A stretch of DNA of 64,000 nt from Verrucomicrobiota bacterium (GTDB lineage Bacteria; Verrucomicrobiota; Verrucomicrobiia; Limisphaerales; AAA164-E04). The stretch lies in contig CP170459.1 in assembly GCA_047947115.1 (NCBI GenBank), positions 2,944,001 through 3,008,000 of the forward strand, written 5' to 3'. The notes under the pieces were generated by a model. That model was given only the letters and a program-made list of their open reading frames with translations, did not search any database and had not been told where the DNA came from. Positions within the stretch are counted from its first letter, which is position 1. Every line of letters begins with the position of its first letter. Below are positions 29,000 through 38,607 of this stretch, in pieces. The position numbers and the translations under genes are program-made.

Positions 29000-29335
29000 T
29001 CACTTCGAAGGAATCTGGCCGTTGATCGTTTCGAAACGAATGACCTTTTCGCCGGGTTTTGCATAGCCGAGCTTTTCTCGTGCCAGTCGTTCCAGAACGA
29101 CGTTGTTGGTGCCGATGGCTTTGATGGTGGCGTTCATTTGCTCGGCAAACCGCTCTTCTTCGGCGATCTGGGCTCGAAGCTGGTTGATGCGTCGCTGCAT
29201 TCCCTCATTGCTGCGGATAACCGGCTTGTACCACTGGAACACGGCAAGGCTTCCTGCACAGATAACCAGCAGCATGACCAGCTTGGTTAGCTTCATCCAG
29301 ATCCCCACATCCACACGTTTTGATTTCCGGGCCAT
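29000..29335 (-). CDS. Septum formation initiator (FtsB/DivIC family)
   Basis: Single TM helix, coiled coil, LERLAREKLGYAKPGEKVIRF. Confidence 0.85.
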   Translation of the reverse strand: MARKSKRVDVGIWMKLTKLVMLLVICAGSLAVFQWYKPVIRSNEGMQRRINQLRAQIAEEERFAEQMNATIKAIGTNNVVLERLAREKLGYAKPGEKVIRFETINGQIPSK

Positions 29336-29401
29336 CGTTACAGGAGTTTTGCTGTTGACGATTGTATCTACTTTTGGGACATCCGTCTTATAAGAATATT
29401 G

Positions 29402-30961
29402 TCATTCTTTGTCCAGTTTTTGCTGCAATAATTTTGCGATATCCTTGGCTGCCGGGACTCCCGCCCAGTAGGTGATGAGTCCATACAGGCTGGTCCCAAT
29501 GATCAATGGGACGAAGACCTCCACCAATTGTGTCCAAATATTGGGTGTTTCCACCAGGCTGACAATGTATTTCCAGGTTGCCCATGTAATGAATGCCGCC
29601 AACACTCCCGAGCCCAGCACCGTCAGGGTCGGGATCTTCATTTCCTGAACTTTCATATTCGGAAATTTACGGCGTATAGCATACCATAACAGGCCCAAGT
29701 TGACCAATGAACTCAAGGTGTTGGCGATCCCCATGCCCGCTTGTTTGTAGGTCGGAATCAGGAAAAGTGCGAACAACAGATTGCAACTCAGACTGAACAC
29801 GCTGATGCGCATCGGGGTTTTGACATCGCCCAGCGCAAAAAAAGCGCGTGCCAGGATGTTTACCAAAGAGAAAGCCACCAAACCAGGCATCAGGCATTTG
29901 AGCGCTGTGGCCGCACGCAGGGTTGAGTCATGGCTGAATTCGCCTCCTTCGAAGATCAAGCGGACAATGGGTTCCGCCATGACGATCGTGACCGTGGTTG
30001 CGATCCAGTTGGCGTAAATCAAATATCCCATACCCTGTCGAAGACCGGTTTGGAATTCGCCATATTTTTTCTCGGCGGCCAGTCCCGACAACATGGGTAG
30101 CATGAAAGTCGCCAGTGAAATTCCAAAGATACCCTGAGGCAGTTCCATCAACCGGGTGGCATAATTGAACGAGGCCACAATATAATCGCTTTCGGTGAAA
30201 GCGATGGCGTTGGTCAGGATGATGTTCAGTTGAAAGGCTGCGACACCGACTACCCCCGGAAGGATGCGAGTGATCAATTGTTTGACGGTGTCATTGTTAA
30301 ACGGATTGATCCACCGATACCGGAAGCCTTCTTTGAACAGGAGCGGGACCTGAAAGAGCATTTGAGCCACACCCGCAATCAAGACGCCCACAGCCAATCC
30401 TTCGATTTGACTGAACAGAGTATCGCCGAATCCTGGAGCCAGGAAGTAAACGGAAGCAATCATCACCACGTTCAGCATGGTGGCACCCATGGCCGGGATG
30501 AAAAAATGTCCCCGGGCGTTCAACATCCCCATCAGGACAGCTGCCACGCAGACCATGATAACATAGGGCGCCATGATCCTGAGCAGTTTGAGGAACAGGA
30601 TCGTTTCCAATGAAAGAGTCATGCCCTTCAGAACTGCCGTGGCAATCAGGATGATGAAGGTCGCGGCGATTGCACAGATGGTAATAAGCGCGGAAATGGT
30701 GGCGTTTGCGACCAGCCACATGGCTTTTTCTCCCTCCTGCATTTCCCTTTCCTTGAACATGGGGATAAAGGCAGCCGTTAAGGCGCCCTCACCAAGGAGT
30801 CTTCGAAAAAGATTGGGCACTTGAAATGCGAACAAGAACGCGCTGGCTTGCCAGGTGTCACCCATGAATCGGGAATAGACCATTTCCCGCAACATGCCGA
30901 GGATGCGACTCAGCAGTGTGGCGGCACCCATGGCGCCTGATGATTTGAGCATTTTGGACAT
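29402..30961 (-). CDS. murJ: Lipid II flippase MurJ (MviN)
   Basis: TLLSRILGMLRE, AFQVPNLFRRLLGEGALTAAFIP, RLMELPQGIFG, FFALGDVKTP. Confidence 0.95.
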   Translation of the reverse strand: MSKMLKSSGAMGAATLLSRILGMLREMVYSRFMGDTWQASAFLFAFQVPNLFRRLLGEGALTAAFIPMFKEREMQEGEKAMWLVANATISALITICAIAATFIILIATAVLKGMTLSLETILFLKLLRIMAPYVIMVCVAAVLMGMLNARGHFFIPAMGATMLNVVMIASVYFLAPGFGDTLFSQIEGLAVGVLIAGVAQMLFQVPLLFKEGFRYRWINPFNNDTVKQLITRILPGVVGVAAFQLNIILTNAIAFTESDYIVASFNYATRLMELPQGIFGISLATFMLPMLSGLAAEKKYGEFQTGLRQGMGYLIYANWIATTVTIVMAEPIVRLIFEGGEFSHDSTLRAATALKCLMPGLVAFSLVNILARAFFALGDVKTPMRISVFSLSCNLLFALFLIPTYKQAGMGIANTLSSLVNLGLLWYAIRRKFPNMKVQEMKIPTLTVLGSGVLAAFITWATWKYIVSLVETPNIWTQLVEVFVPLIIGTSLYGLITYWAGVPAAKDIAKLLQQKLDKE

Positions 30962-31182
30962 GTTGACACGGAGCGGTATCCTCTGGGCATGATACGTTTT
31001 GCGTTCATTCACCTCAGGACCCTCGCTGGCGCATCATAAGCAAACCCAGATCGGCGGCAACCCTTTCTCACTTTTAAAGCAAATAAATTGTCATTGACGA
31101 AAATGAACACTGGCACATTTGACAGGGCTGGCCTAATTTTTAGCTCCGCAATCTTCTAACGAAATTCGGTTCACTCAGTAAA

Positions 31183-31776
31183 TTGGCAAAAAGAAAATCC
31201 AGATCAGCCGCACGGAAAGGTTGGAAAGGCACAACTTCCAATCTGGGCAGGGCTGTGGAAATCGGATTGGCCTGGGTTGGCGCGTTGCTGCTGGTGGAAA
31301 TGGTCGATTACGGTGTGGGAGGCCGCTTGGATGCCTTTGGGATTCTTCCAAGAACCTGGCCCGGTTTGGTGGGGGTGATCACCAGCCCGTTGCTACATGC
31401 CAATTTTGCTCACCTTACCGCCAATGCCGGTCCGATGGCCCTTTTGTTGGCCATTTTGTTCTCTGATGCGCGTTACCATCCCAAAACCAGTCTTGCCCTC
31501 ATTTGGTTGGTCAGTGGGCTTGGGACCTGGCTGATCGGACGCCCCGCCATCCATATCGGAGCCAGTTCGATTATCTACGGGTTGGTCTCCTTCCTGATCG
31601 TGGCATCCCTCTGGATGAAAAGCTGGCGGGCCCTGTTCTTTTCCATTGTGGTCTTCTTTCTGTTCGGGGGACTTTTTTATGGAATTTTTCATGTGAGTGC
31701 GGGTGTGTCCTGGGAAGGGCACCTGAGTGGCGCTCTTGCTGGCGTCTGGGTGGCATGGGTGATGCATGGTCGGTGA
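31183..31776 (+). CDS. Rhomboid family intramembrane serine protease
   Basis: FGILPR, SPLLHANFAHLTAN, HIGASS (GxS), SWEGHLSGA; TTG start. Confidence 0.9.
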   Translation: MAKRKSRSAARKGWKGTTSNLGRAVEIGLAWVGALLLVEMVDYGVGGRLDAFGILPRTWPGLVGVITSPLLHANFAHLTANAGPMALLLAILFSDARYHPKTSLALIWLVSGLGTWLIGRPAIHIGASSIIYGLVSFLIVASLWMKSWRALFFSIVVFFLFGGLFYGIFHVSAGVSWEGHLSGALAGVWVAWVMHGR

Positions 31777-32037
31777 TGAATGTCTCCAAGTGGGCGATTC
31801 AAGAGTTGGAGGAAAACAGTCCGCATTTTGGTTGGGACGTCCTCGATTCTTCTGGGATGCTCGTCCGGCAGCGGGGGCGCACAACGCAAAGGGTTTTTCT
31901 TTACCCTTACGCGTTCATGGCCCTGCGGCAGCAAGGCCCTACCTTTCACTTGTCCACTCATTTTATATCGGGCTGGTCTTCAAAATATGACCGTTTTTGA
32001 ATGGCCAAGAGCGGTGGGCTTGGCTACGGTCCTGCTG

Positions 32038-33846
32038 ATGATGCAACGTTGCTTATGCCTTTGTTTGGCCTTGATTGGTTTACATGTGCCCCTTGAGCGA
32101 ACCAACGCTCATGTGGGAGATCACCCGTCCATCCATGATACCGTGGCTGCCATTACTCTCCGGATGAAGGAACATTTTTCCGTGGACGAGTTGAAATCAT
32201 TGACCTCCTTTCAGGTTGAGCAGTTTCTGAATGATGAAGAACGGGCCATTCTCGGCAAGGAACACATCCATTTCAAAGTCAATGTCCCTGTTGTGGTGAC
32301 CATTTTGCGCGATCGCGATCTTAAATCCGAACCTTTTTGGATTCGGGAGAATGGATGGCAATTGACCGGGTTGGTTTTGACGGTTCAAGACACCGAACTG
32401 GATGTGTGGCAGAAGAGCTTTCCTGCCGGGGATATTGGATTGGGGGTCAATTCATTGGGAACCCGTGGCGTGCATTACATCCCCATTTTGAGCCCCGTAA
32501 ACGCTGAAGATGAACTTCAGGTGACCGACCTCTATCCGGGCCAGGTCAAACCCGCCATTTTGAAGAAGGGCGTCAAAATTTACTCGGATCGTGATGAAGT
32601 GATTGATGCGGTTCCCGCCGGTTTTGAAGGCAGTGTCCTGCTTCAGACCGAATATGACAGTCTTCAGGATGCCTATCTGGTCAATTACTTCAAATGGACG
32701 CAATATCCCAGCCAGCCATTCCCTGACCAGGTCGTGCTGACATGGAGCGATGACCCTCAAACGTCCCAGACGATTCAGTGGCGCACCGATTCTTCTGTTG
32801 AGAAAGGATATGTTATGATCCAGAAGAAGGCTTTGTTCAACCGATTCAACCCCAGGCCGCTCGAACGGCTGCCTGCCACGATGGAAGTGCTGGAATCGCC
32901 CAACATCATCAATGATCCGCTATCCCACCGTTTCTTTGCGACCATTACCGGTTTGGAGCCTGGTACGACCTATGTTTATTCCGTGGGCGACGGCTCGGAT
33001 GATGGGTGGACCGAGTTGGCAGACTTCACAACCGCGCCTGCCCGCATCAAACCTTTTTCATTCATTTACATGGGCGATGCGCAGAATGGTCTGGATCGCT
33101 GGGGCAGCCTGGTTCACACCGCATTTCGCGAGCGACCCGATGCGGCTTTCTACATCATGGCGGGTGACTTGGTGAATCGGGGCAATGACCGGGATGATTG
33201 GGACAGCTTTTTCTATAATGCTTCCGATATTTATGATCGCCGCCAGTTGGTGCCGGCCATTGGCAACCACGAAAACCAAGGGGGGCATCCCACCTTGTAT
33301 TTGAGAAATTTTGACCTGCCGAAGAATGGTCCCAGGCAAATTGAAAAGGAACGCGCCTACTACTTCGAATACAGCAACGCCTTGTTCGTTGTGCTCGACA
33401 CCAACATCACTCCGGAAAGTCAGGCCGAATGGTTGGATAAAGTTCTGTCTGAAAGCAAAGCCACCTGGAAGTTCATGATTTATCATTATCCCGCTTATTC
33501 ATCGGCTCCCAGCCGGGACAACGCGTCCATTCGAAAGCACTGGCTGCCCTTGTTTGACAAGTACCATGTGGATCTTGCTTTGCAGGGACACGATCATGCT
33601 TATCTGAGGACCTATCCCATGAAAGGGGATAAGAGGGTGGCTTCTCCCAAGGAGGGAACCGTTTACATTGTGTCGGTCAGCGGAACAAAAATGTATGATC
33701 AGGATCCCCGGGATTACACTGAATTCGGTATGACGAATACTTCCACCTTTCAGGTGCTGGACATCCAGATTTCCGGCAACCGGCTCGTCTATCGTGCCTA
33801 TGATACCGACAACAATCTCAAAGACGAGTTGGTGATCGAAAAGTAA
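32038..33846 (+). CDS. Secreted purple acid phosphatase-like metallophosphoesterase with FN3-like domain and extra N-terminal domain
   Basis: Signal peptide; PDQVVLTW..IQWRT, GLEPGTTY.Y.VG, MGDAQ, AGDLVN, GNHE, QGHDHAY. Confidence 0.85.
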   Translation: MMQRCLCLCLALIGLHVPLERTNAHVGDHPSIHDTVAAITLRMKEHFSVDELKSLTSFQVEQFLNDEERAILGKEHIHFKVNVPVVVTILRDRDLKSEPFWIRENGWQLTGLVLTVQDTELDVWQKSFPAGDIGLGVNSLGTRGVHYIPILSPVNAEDELQVTDLYPGQVKPAILKKGVKIYSDRDEVIDAVPAGFEGSVLLQTEYDSLQDAYLVNYFKWTQYPSQPFPDQVVLTWSDDPQTSQTIQWRTDSSVEKGYVMIQKKALFNRFNPRPLERLPATMEVLESPNIINDPLSHRFFATITGLEPGTTYVYSVGDGSDDGWTELADFTTAPARIKPFSFIYMGDAQNGLDRWGSLVHTAFRERPDAAFYIMAGDLVNRGNDRDDWDSFFYNASDIYDRRQLVPAIGNHENQGGHPTLYLRNFDLPKNGPRQIEKERAYYFEYSNALFVVLDTNITPESQAEWLDKVLSESKATWKFMIYHYPAYSSAPSRDNASIRKHWLPLFDKYHVDLALQGHDHAYLRTYPMKGDKRVASPKEGTVYIVSVSGTKMYDQDPRDYTEFGMTNTSTFQVLDIQISGNRLVYRAYDTDNNLKDELVIEK

Positions 33847-33864
33847 TCCATCCCATTTGCTCGC

Positions 33865-35688
33865 ATGACCTCCACTTTATTAGGACTCGAAACCGGTGGT
33901 ACGCGATCCACTTTGCTCGTCACGACTGTTGAGGGAGACCTGATCGAAAAACACACTCTTGGGCCAGGTAATTCCAGGCTGTTGGGTGACGTTGGCTTGC
34001 GCAAGTTGTTTGAAGAATGTGCTGCATTGGCTCCTCAACCAGCGGCGATAGGCTTCGGAATGGCGGGTGTCCGTGATGCGAGGGATTGCGCCGTCATCAG
34101 GAAGATCGCGGAAAAAATCTGGCCGGGTGTTCGGATGTGGGTGGATCACGATCTCGCCTCGGCGTTGATGGTGGCGCAGCGTTCTTTCAAAGACACCACC
34201 GCTCACGTGTTGGTGTTATCGGGAACAGGTAGTTGTTGTTTTGGACGCGGTATCCAGGGGAAAGAAGCCAAGTGCGGGGGATGGGGTCATCATCTGGGGG
34301 ATCGCGGCAGCGCTTATGATCTGGCGCACACGGCCATTCGGAAAGTGATCGAAGTATTCGATCAAACCGGCAAATGGCCCAAACTGGGCGAACGTCTCCT
34401 GCATGCCTCGATGCAAAATGAGCCCAACGACTGGATTCAATGGTTTCAGACAGCTCAGAAATCAGAAGTGGCTGCATTGGCCGTCCCTGTCTTTGAAGCT
34501 TGGAAGCAACGTGATGCCTTGGCGGGCAAGGTGATTCATCAGGCAGCGGAGTTGCTGGCCGCCGACGCGCATGCCTGCGCCGAGCGTTTGAATGATTCAG
34601 GTCCCGGTTTTGTGGTGGCCGGCGGTATGTTTTTAAAACAGCCATCTTTCACAAAACTTTTCCAAAAGAAACTCCGGGCCAAACGGCGAAATGCAAGAGT
34701 GCATGTCATTCCGCAAGAGAGTGTCTGGGGAACCATTTATGCGGCTCAATCGCAGCTCGATCAGCAATCAGCTGAAGGAAGAGCGAAGACTTCTGCCCGC
34801 TTGATACCAAGTCGTAGGACACCTCCTGCGAGAAAGGATGTGCTTCCCTCAAGTAATGGGATTTCACTCACGGAAAGACGATTGGATGCATCCATGAATC
34901 TGGACTCCATGAGTGGATCAAACGCTCTGGACCTTTTTATCGACGAGGATGCATCGATTCCGGAGGCGATTCGGAAAGAAAAAAAGAAACTGCTCAAATG
35001 GATCCGCTGGACCACCGAAGCCTTTGAAAGGGGGGGGCGGCTGTTTTATGTGGGGGCGGGAACCAGTGGACGCCTCGGTGTGTTGGATGCCAGTGAATGT
35101 CCACCTACGTTTGGGGTTTCCTCCGAGATGGTTCAGGGCATTATGGCGGGTGGTTCAACCGCATTGTGGAATGCTGTCGAGGGGGCCGAGGATGATTTTG
35201 AAGCGGGTTGGCGGGCTCTTGGGCTGCGTGGTTTCTGTCAAAAAGACCTCGTCCTGGGCATTGCAGCAAGTGGTCGAACACCTTTTGTGCATGGTGCCCT
35301 GGCTTATGCGAGGAGTATGGAGGCGCGCCAGGGATTGTTGTGCTTTAATCCCCACTTGAAATGGCCACGTTTGCACCGGCCGGATGTCATTATATGCCCC
35401 TTGACCGGACCGGAAATCCTCACGGGATCCACTCGATTGAAAGCCGGAACAGCCACCAAACTCGTTTTGAACATGATTACCACCCTGGCGATGGTCGGAA
35501 TCGGCAAAGTCAAAAGCAACCTGATGATTGACGTTCAAGCGACCAACGAAAAACTGCGCGATCGGGCTGCCAGGATGGTGGTCACGCTGACGGGAGCGGA
35601 ATACGATATCGCTGTCAGAGCTTTGGAGCAATCAGCCTGGAAAATTCAAAAGGCCTGCCTCAAATTGGAAAAAAGAGTAAGCCGATAA
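33865..35688 (+). CDS. murQ: Fusion of BadF/GspK-type N-acetyl amino sugar kinase and N-acetylmuramic acid 6-phosphate etherase
   Basis: N-half GLETGGTRS, SGTGS, GGWGHHLGDRGSAY; C-half GAGTSGRLGVLDASECPPTFG, EGAED, GPEILTGSTRLKAGTATKLVLN, N.KLRDRA. Confidence 0.92.
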   Translation: MTSTLLGLETGGTRSTLLVTTVEGDLIEKHTLGPGNSRLLGDVGLRKLFEECAALAPQPAAIGFGMAGVRDARDCAVIRKIAEKIWPGVRMWVDHDLASALMVAQRSFKDTTAHVLVLSGTGSCCFGRGIQGKEAKCGGWGHHLGDRGSAYDLAHTAIRKVIEVFDQTGKWPKLGERLLHASMQNEPNDWIQWFQTAQKSEVAALAVPVFEAWKQRDALAGKVIHQAAELLAADAHACAERLNDSGPGFVVAGGMFLKQPSFTKLFQKKLRAKRRNARVHVIPQESVWGTIYAAQSQLDQQSAEGRAKTSARLIPSRRTPPARKDVLPSSNGISLTERRLDASMNLDSMSGSNALDLFIDEDASIPEAIRKEKKKLLKWIRWTTEAFERGGRLFYVGAGTSGRLGVLDASECPPTFGVSSEMVQGIMAGGSTALWNAVEGAEDDFEAGWRALGLRGFCQKDLVLGIAASGRTPFVHGALAYARSMEARQGLLCFNPHLKWPRLHRPDVIICPLTGPEILTGSTRLKAGTATKLVLNMITTLAMVGIGKVKSNLMIDVQATNEKLRDRAARMVVTLTGAEYDIAVRALEQSAWKIQKACLKLEKRVSR

Positions 35689-36277
35689 TAGGCTTGATGT
35701 TGAATTTACCGTAGGCGACACCCTGGGCCAGGAAATGACACAGTGCCGTCAGGGCAACGAGGATCAGGGATGACACCAGATACATGCCAAATCCGACGCT
35801 GGTATTCGGTTGGATGACGAGTGCAACACCATTGTAAAGCAACATCATGATACCCAATGCTCCGATGCCCCAGCATAACCAGGACGGAACAGCGGGCACG
35901 CAGTCCAGAAAACGCATCCAGAAAATCGGTGTCAGACTATAGGCTGTCAGGGTAAAGGCTTGTCTATAGGAGGTTTCTGTGTGGAATCCCTCGCAGACCC
36001 ATTGGATGAATTTTCCGCCAAAAAACAGGAGGATCAGCCCCAATAGAAATTGAATGACTTCATAGGTGATGATCTGGTTCTGTTCCAGGTGAATCACCCG
36101 GCCAATCGAACCCGTCTGGGCTCCGAATTGTACCATGCCCCAACCCTCCACCACGCAGCCGGCAACCAGTAGGGGGAGAATGGAAAACAAAAACACCACC
36201 AAGACGTTCCACGACTGGTCGGCGATTGTTTGCCAGCCCTTCTGCGGGGCGAATAGGATGATTAATGATCGAAACAT
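35660..36277 (-). CDS. Yip1 family membrane protein
   Basis: LFAPQKGWQTIA start, five TM helices, AFTLTAYSLTP; overlaps the murQ 3' end convergently. Confidence 0.7.
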   Translation of the reverse strand: MFRSLIILFAPQKGWQTIADQSWNVLVVFLFSILPLLVAGCVVEGWGMVQFGAQTGSIGRVIHLEQNQIITYEVIQFLLGLILLFFGGKFIQWVCEGFHTETSYRQAFTLTAYSLTPIFWMRFLDCVPAVPSWLCWGIGALGIMMLLYNGVALVIQPNTSVGFGMYLVSSLILVALTALCHFLAQGVAYGKFNIKPIIGLLFFPI

Positions 36278-36461
36278 GCGGAGGCACTCTAAGCGCGACC
36301 CTGTCTGGACACAAAGCGAAATCCGCTTTTTTTGAAAACAAAAACCTGCACAGCGGGATGGGGCAGGGCGACCTTGTCTGTTTCTTCCGACCTTTTGTCT
36401 ATGGGACGTTGCAATTGTCTTCAAGAAAGGTATGCTCTGCGCGCAGTTAGAGATTTGAAAA

Positions 36462-37295
36462 GTGGAGACTATTGACCCAAAACAGAATCAGGCAGAGACC
36501 GGGCAATGCGCATCAAATGCCCTGATAGATACGCAGAACCAACGGGATGAACGCTGTATCCCCATCGACAAAGTGGGGGTGAGAGGTATCCGGTTTCCGG
36601 TCCAGGTACGTGACAAAGCGCGTGAACATCAGGAAACCATCGCAACGGTCGGCATGTACGTGGATCTTCCCCACGACTTCAAAGGGACGCATATGAGCCG
36701 ATTTGTCGAGGTCCTGCATTCCCATGGCAACTTGGTGCATGTGGAGAATATTCCGGAAATTCTCGCTGAAATGCGGCTCAAACTGAATGCCGACACCGCT
36801 CACCTGGAAATGGCTTTTCCTTATTTTTTGGAAAAAGCTGCCCCGGTGACCGGTAAAAGGAGTCTGATGGATTATTCGGTGGTGTTTGATGCATCTGCCG
36901 ACAAGGAGTCATTGGATTTTGTCTTGCAGGTGAAGGTTCCGGTCACAACCCTCTGTCCATGCTCTAAAGCCATCAGTCGATACGGGGCCCATAACCAGCG
37001 TGGTGAAGTGACCGTTGCGGTGCGCTTCGATGAGATCGTCTGGATCGAAGACATTATTCAATGGGTAGAAACCTCCGCCAGCAGCGAATTGTATGCACTT
37101 CTTAAGCGGCCGGACGAAAAAGCTGTGACGGAGCGGGCCTACGAAAATCCTGTGTTTGTGGAAGATCTGGTTCGCAACGTTGTTTTACGGCTCAAGAAGG
37201 TTCCGCAGATTCAATGGTATCGGGTCGAAGCCGAAAACTTCGAAAGCATTCACAACCACAACGCCTACGCCTCCATCGAGTCAAGGACGCGTTAG
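36462..37295 (+). CDS. folE2: GTP cyclohydrolase I type B (FolE2)
   Basis: IDKVGV, KGTHMSRF, TTLCPCSKAIS..GAHNQR, LLKRPDEK.VTE.AY.NP.FVED, ESIHNHNAYA. Confidence 0.95.
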   Translation: METIDPKQNQAETGQCASNALIDTQNQRDERCIPIDKVGVRGIRFPVQVRDKAREHQETIATVGMYVDLPHDFKGTHMSRFVEVLHSHGNLVHVENIPEILAEMRLKLNADTAHLEMAFPYFLEKAAPVTGKRSLMDYSVVFDASADKESLDFVLQVKVPVTTLCPCSKAISRYGAHNQRGEVTVAVRFDEIVWIEDIIQWVETSASSELYALLKRPDEKAVTERAYENPVFVEDLVRNVVLRLKKVPQIQWYRVEAENFESIHNHNAYASIESRTR

Positions 37296-38485
37296 CGGAT
37301 ACTGAAGGGGATATCCACATATTCCTTGGTGATCCACCTTTGGACACTGTCGAACACATCCACTTCGAAGGGCTTTCCTATATTGTTGCCTGCCAAGTCT
37401 TCAAGGATGGTGGTGGCTCGGATGACATAATGACCATCCTTCCAGACTGCATCGGGTGTGAACGACCACTCGGTTTCATGGTCTGTAAGTTTAACCTGGC
37501 CTTTCACGGGGGCGCCCTCCTTTTGGCGCACTTCGATGAGGCGCTGAGCGAGCGCAACATCCAGGGGTTCACCGAATCGTATGATCAGGGGTGAGCTTGT
37601 ACCTGCTTTTGGGATCTGCTTTTTCCATTGGGCGGGATCAATCGCCGTTCTGTCTGGCTCTGCCACGATGAAGTTTTTTTGGAAAGGCTTCACGAGCGGC
37701 AGTCGGTTTGCATCCTTCCATTCCGCGTCTACTACCAGTTTGTATGCATGTCCGGCAACCAGGGAAGGTCCGATGTCCTCCAGTGGTTTGACCCCGCGTT
37801 TGATGCGCCCTGGATCGATGAACAGCGTCAGGCGTTTCATGGGGGTATCCCAGAGTTCCTGGCCGAGCTCAAGGAAAGGCAGTTCCACCTCCTGATTGTT
37901 TTCGTCATACAGATGGATGTGATCGTAAACATCTCCACCACTCATGGAATCCGAAAACACCAGATAAAATTTCAATAGATTCTCAGGCACCCTGTCTGAG
38001 CTGGGGTAAACTTGGGAGACGACTGTCGAAGGCGATTTGGGGGGAGCGCTGGATTTCCATTCCGAAGTAAAGTGTTGTTTTACGGCGGAACCTTTGGGAG
38101 TCACATCGAATTGAGCTCGATACACCATGCGCTCAGAAAAGGGGAACCTTGGAGTGAATGCAACGCCGTCTTTCGTTTTGGAATAAGTCCCCAGAATGGG
38201 AAGTGGCTCCACAATGTTACTACCAGGTTGAATGACATAAACCTTGAGTTTGGGTTCCCATGTATCCGGTGTATCAATGAGTGGTCCGACACTGGTGGCA
38301 AAATCGCCAAAACCAGATGCGACAACACCTGCCGGAGCTGCTGTCCCTTCCTTCATGATCCACTCGATGGTTCCTCCTGAGAGAGATGATGAACAGGTTT
38401 GGATGGTGCCAAGGATCAGGATGGTTCGGACCAAAGAGCACAAGAGGGTGATAGAACGTGTGGTGTTCATGTCATCAGGTAACAT
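37292..38485 (-). CDS. Secreted hypothetical protein with Ig-like (Big_5/SbsA-like) domains
   Basis: Signal-like leader; FTPRFPF, VYPS..VPENLLKFYLVFS..M, QELWD...LTLFIDPGRIKRG, IRFGEPLD, W.FTP...W, LEDLAGN. Confidence 0.75.
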   Translation of the reverse strand: MLPDDMNTTRSITLLCSLVRTILILGTIQTCSSSLSGGTIEWIMKEGTAAPAGVVASGFGDFATSVGPLIDTPDTWEPKLKVYVIQPGSNIVEPLPILGTYSKTKDGVAFTPRFPFSERMVYRAQFDVTPKGSAVKQHFTSEWKSSAPPKSPSTVVSQVYPSSDRVPENLLKFYLVFSDSMSGGDVYDHIHLYDENNQEVELPFLELGQELWDTPMKRLTLFIDPGRIKRGVKPLEDIGPSLVAGHAYKLVVDAEWKDANRLPLVKPFQKNFIVAEPDRTAIDPAQWKKQIPKAGTSSPLIIRFGEPLDVALAQRLIEVRQKEGAPVKGQVKLTDHETEWSFTPDAVWKDGHYVIRATTILEDLAGNNIGKPFEVDVFDSVQRWITKEYVDIPFSIR

Positions 38486-38550
38486 TTAAAAAACGGGTGG
38501 GTCTTTTTCATGGTGTGAGTGCACATTTTGTGAACTCACACCATTGTAGA

Positions 38551-38585
38551 AAAAACAACGGCGGTCCCGCACAAGACCGCCGTTG
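38551..38585 (-). terminator. Intrinsic terminator after the 374-aa gene
   Basis: Perfect stem CAACGGCGGTC-CCGCACAA-GACCGCCGTTG with an A-run on its left (U-tract on minus strand). Confidence 0.75.
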
Positions 38586-38607
38586 ACAGTAACCTCTCCA
38601 GCACCTT

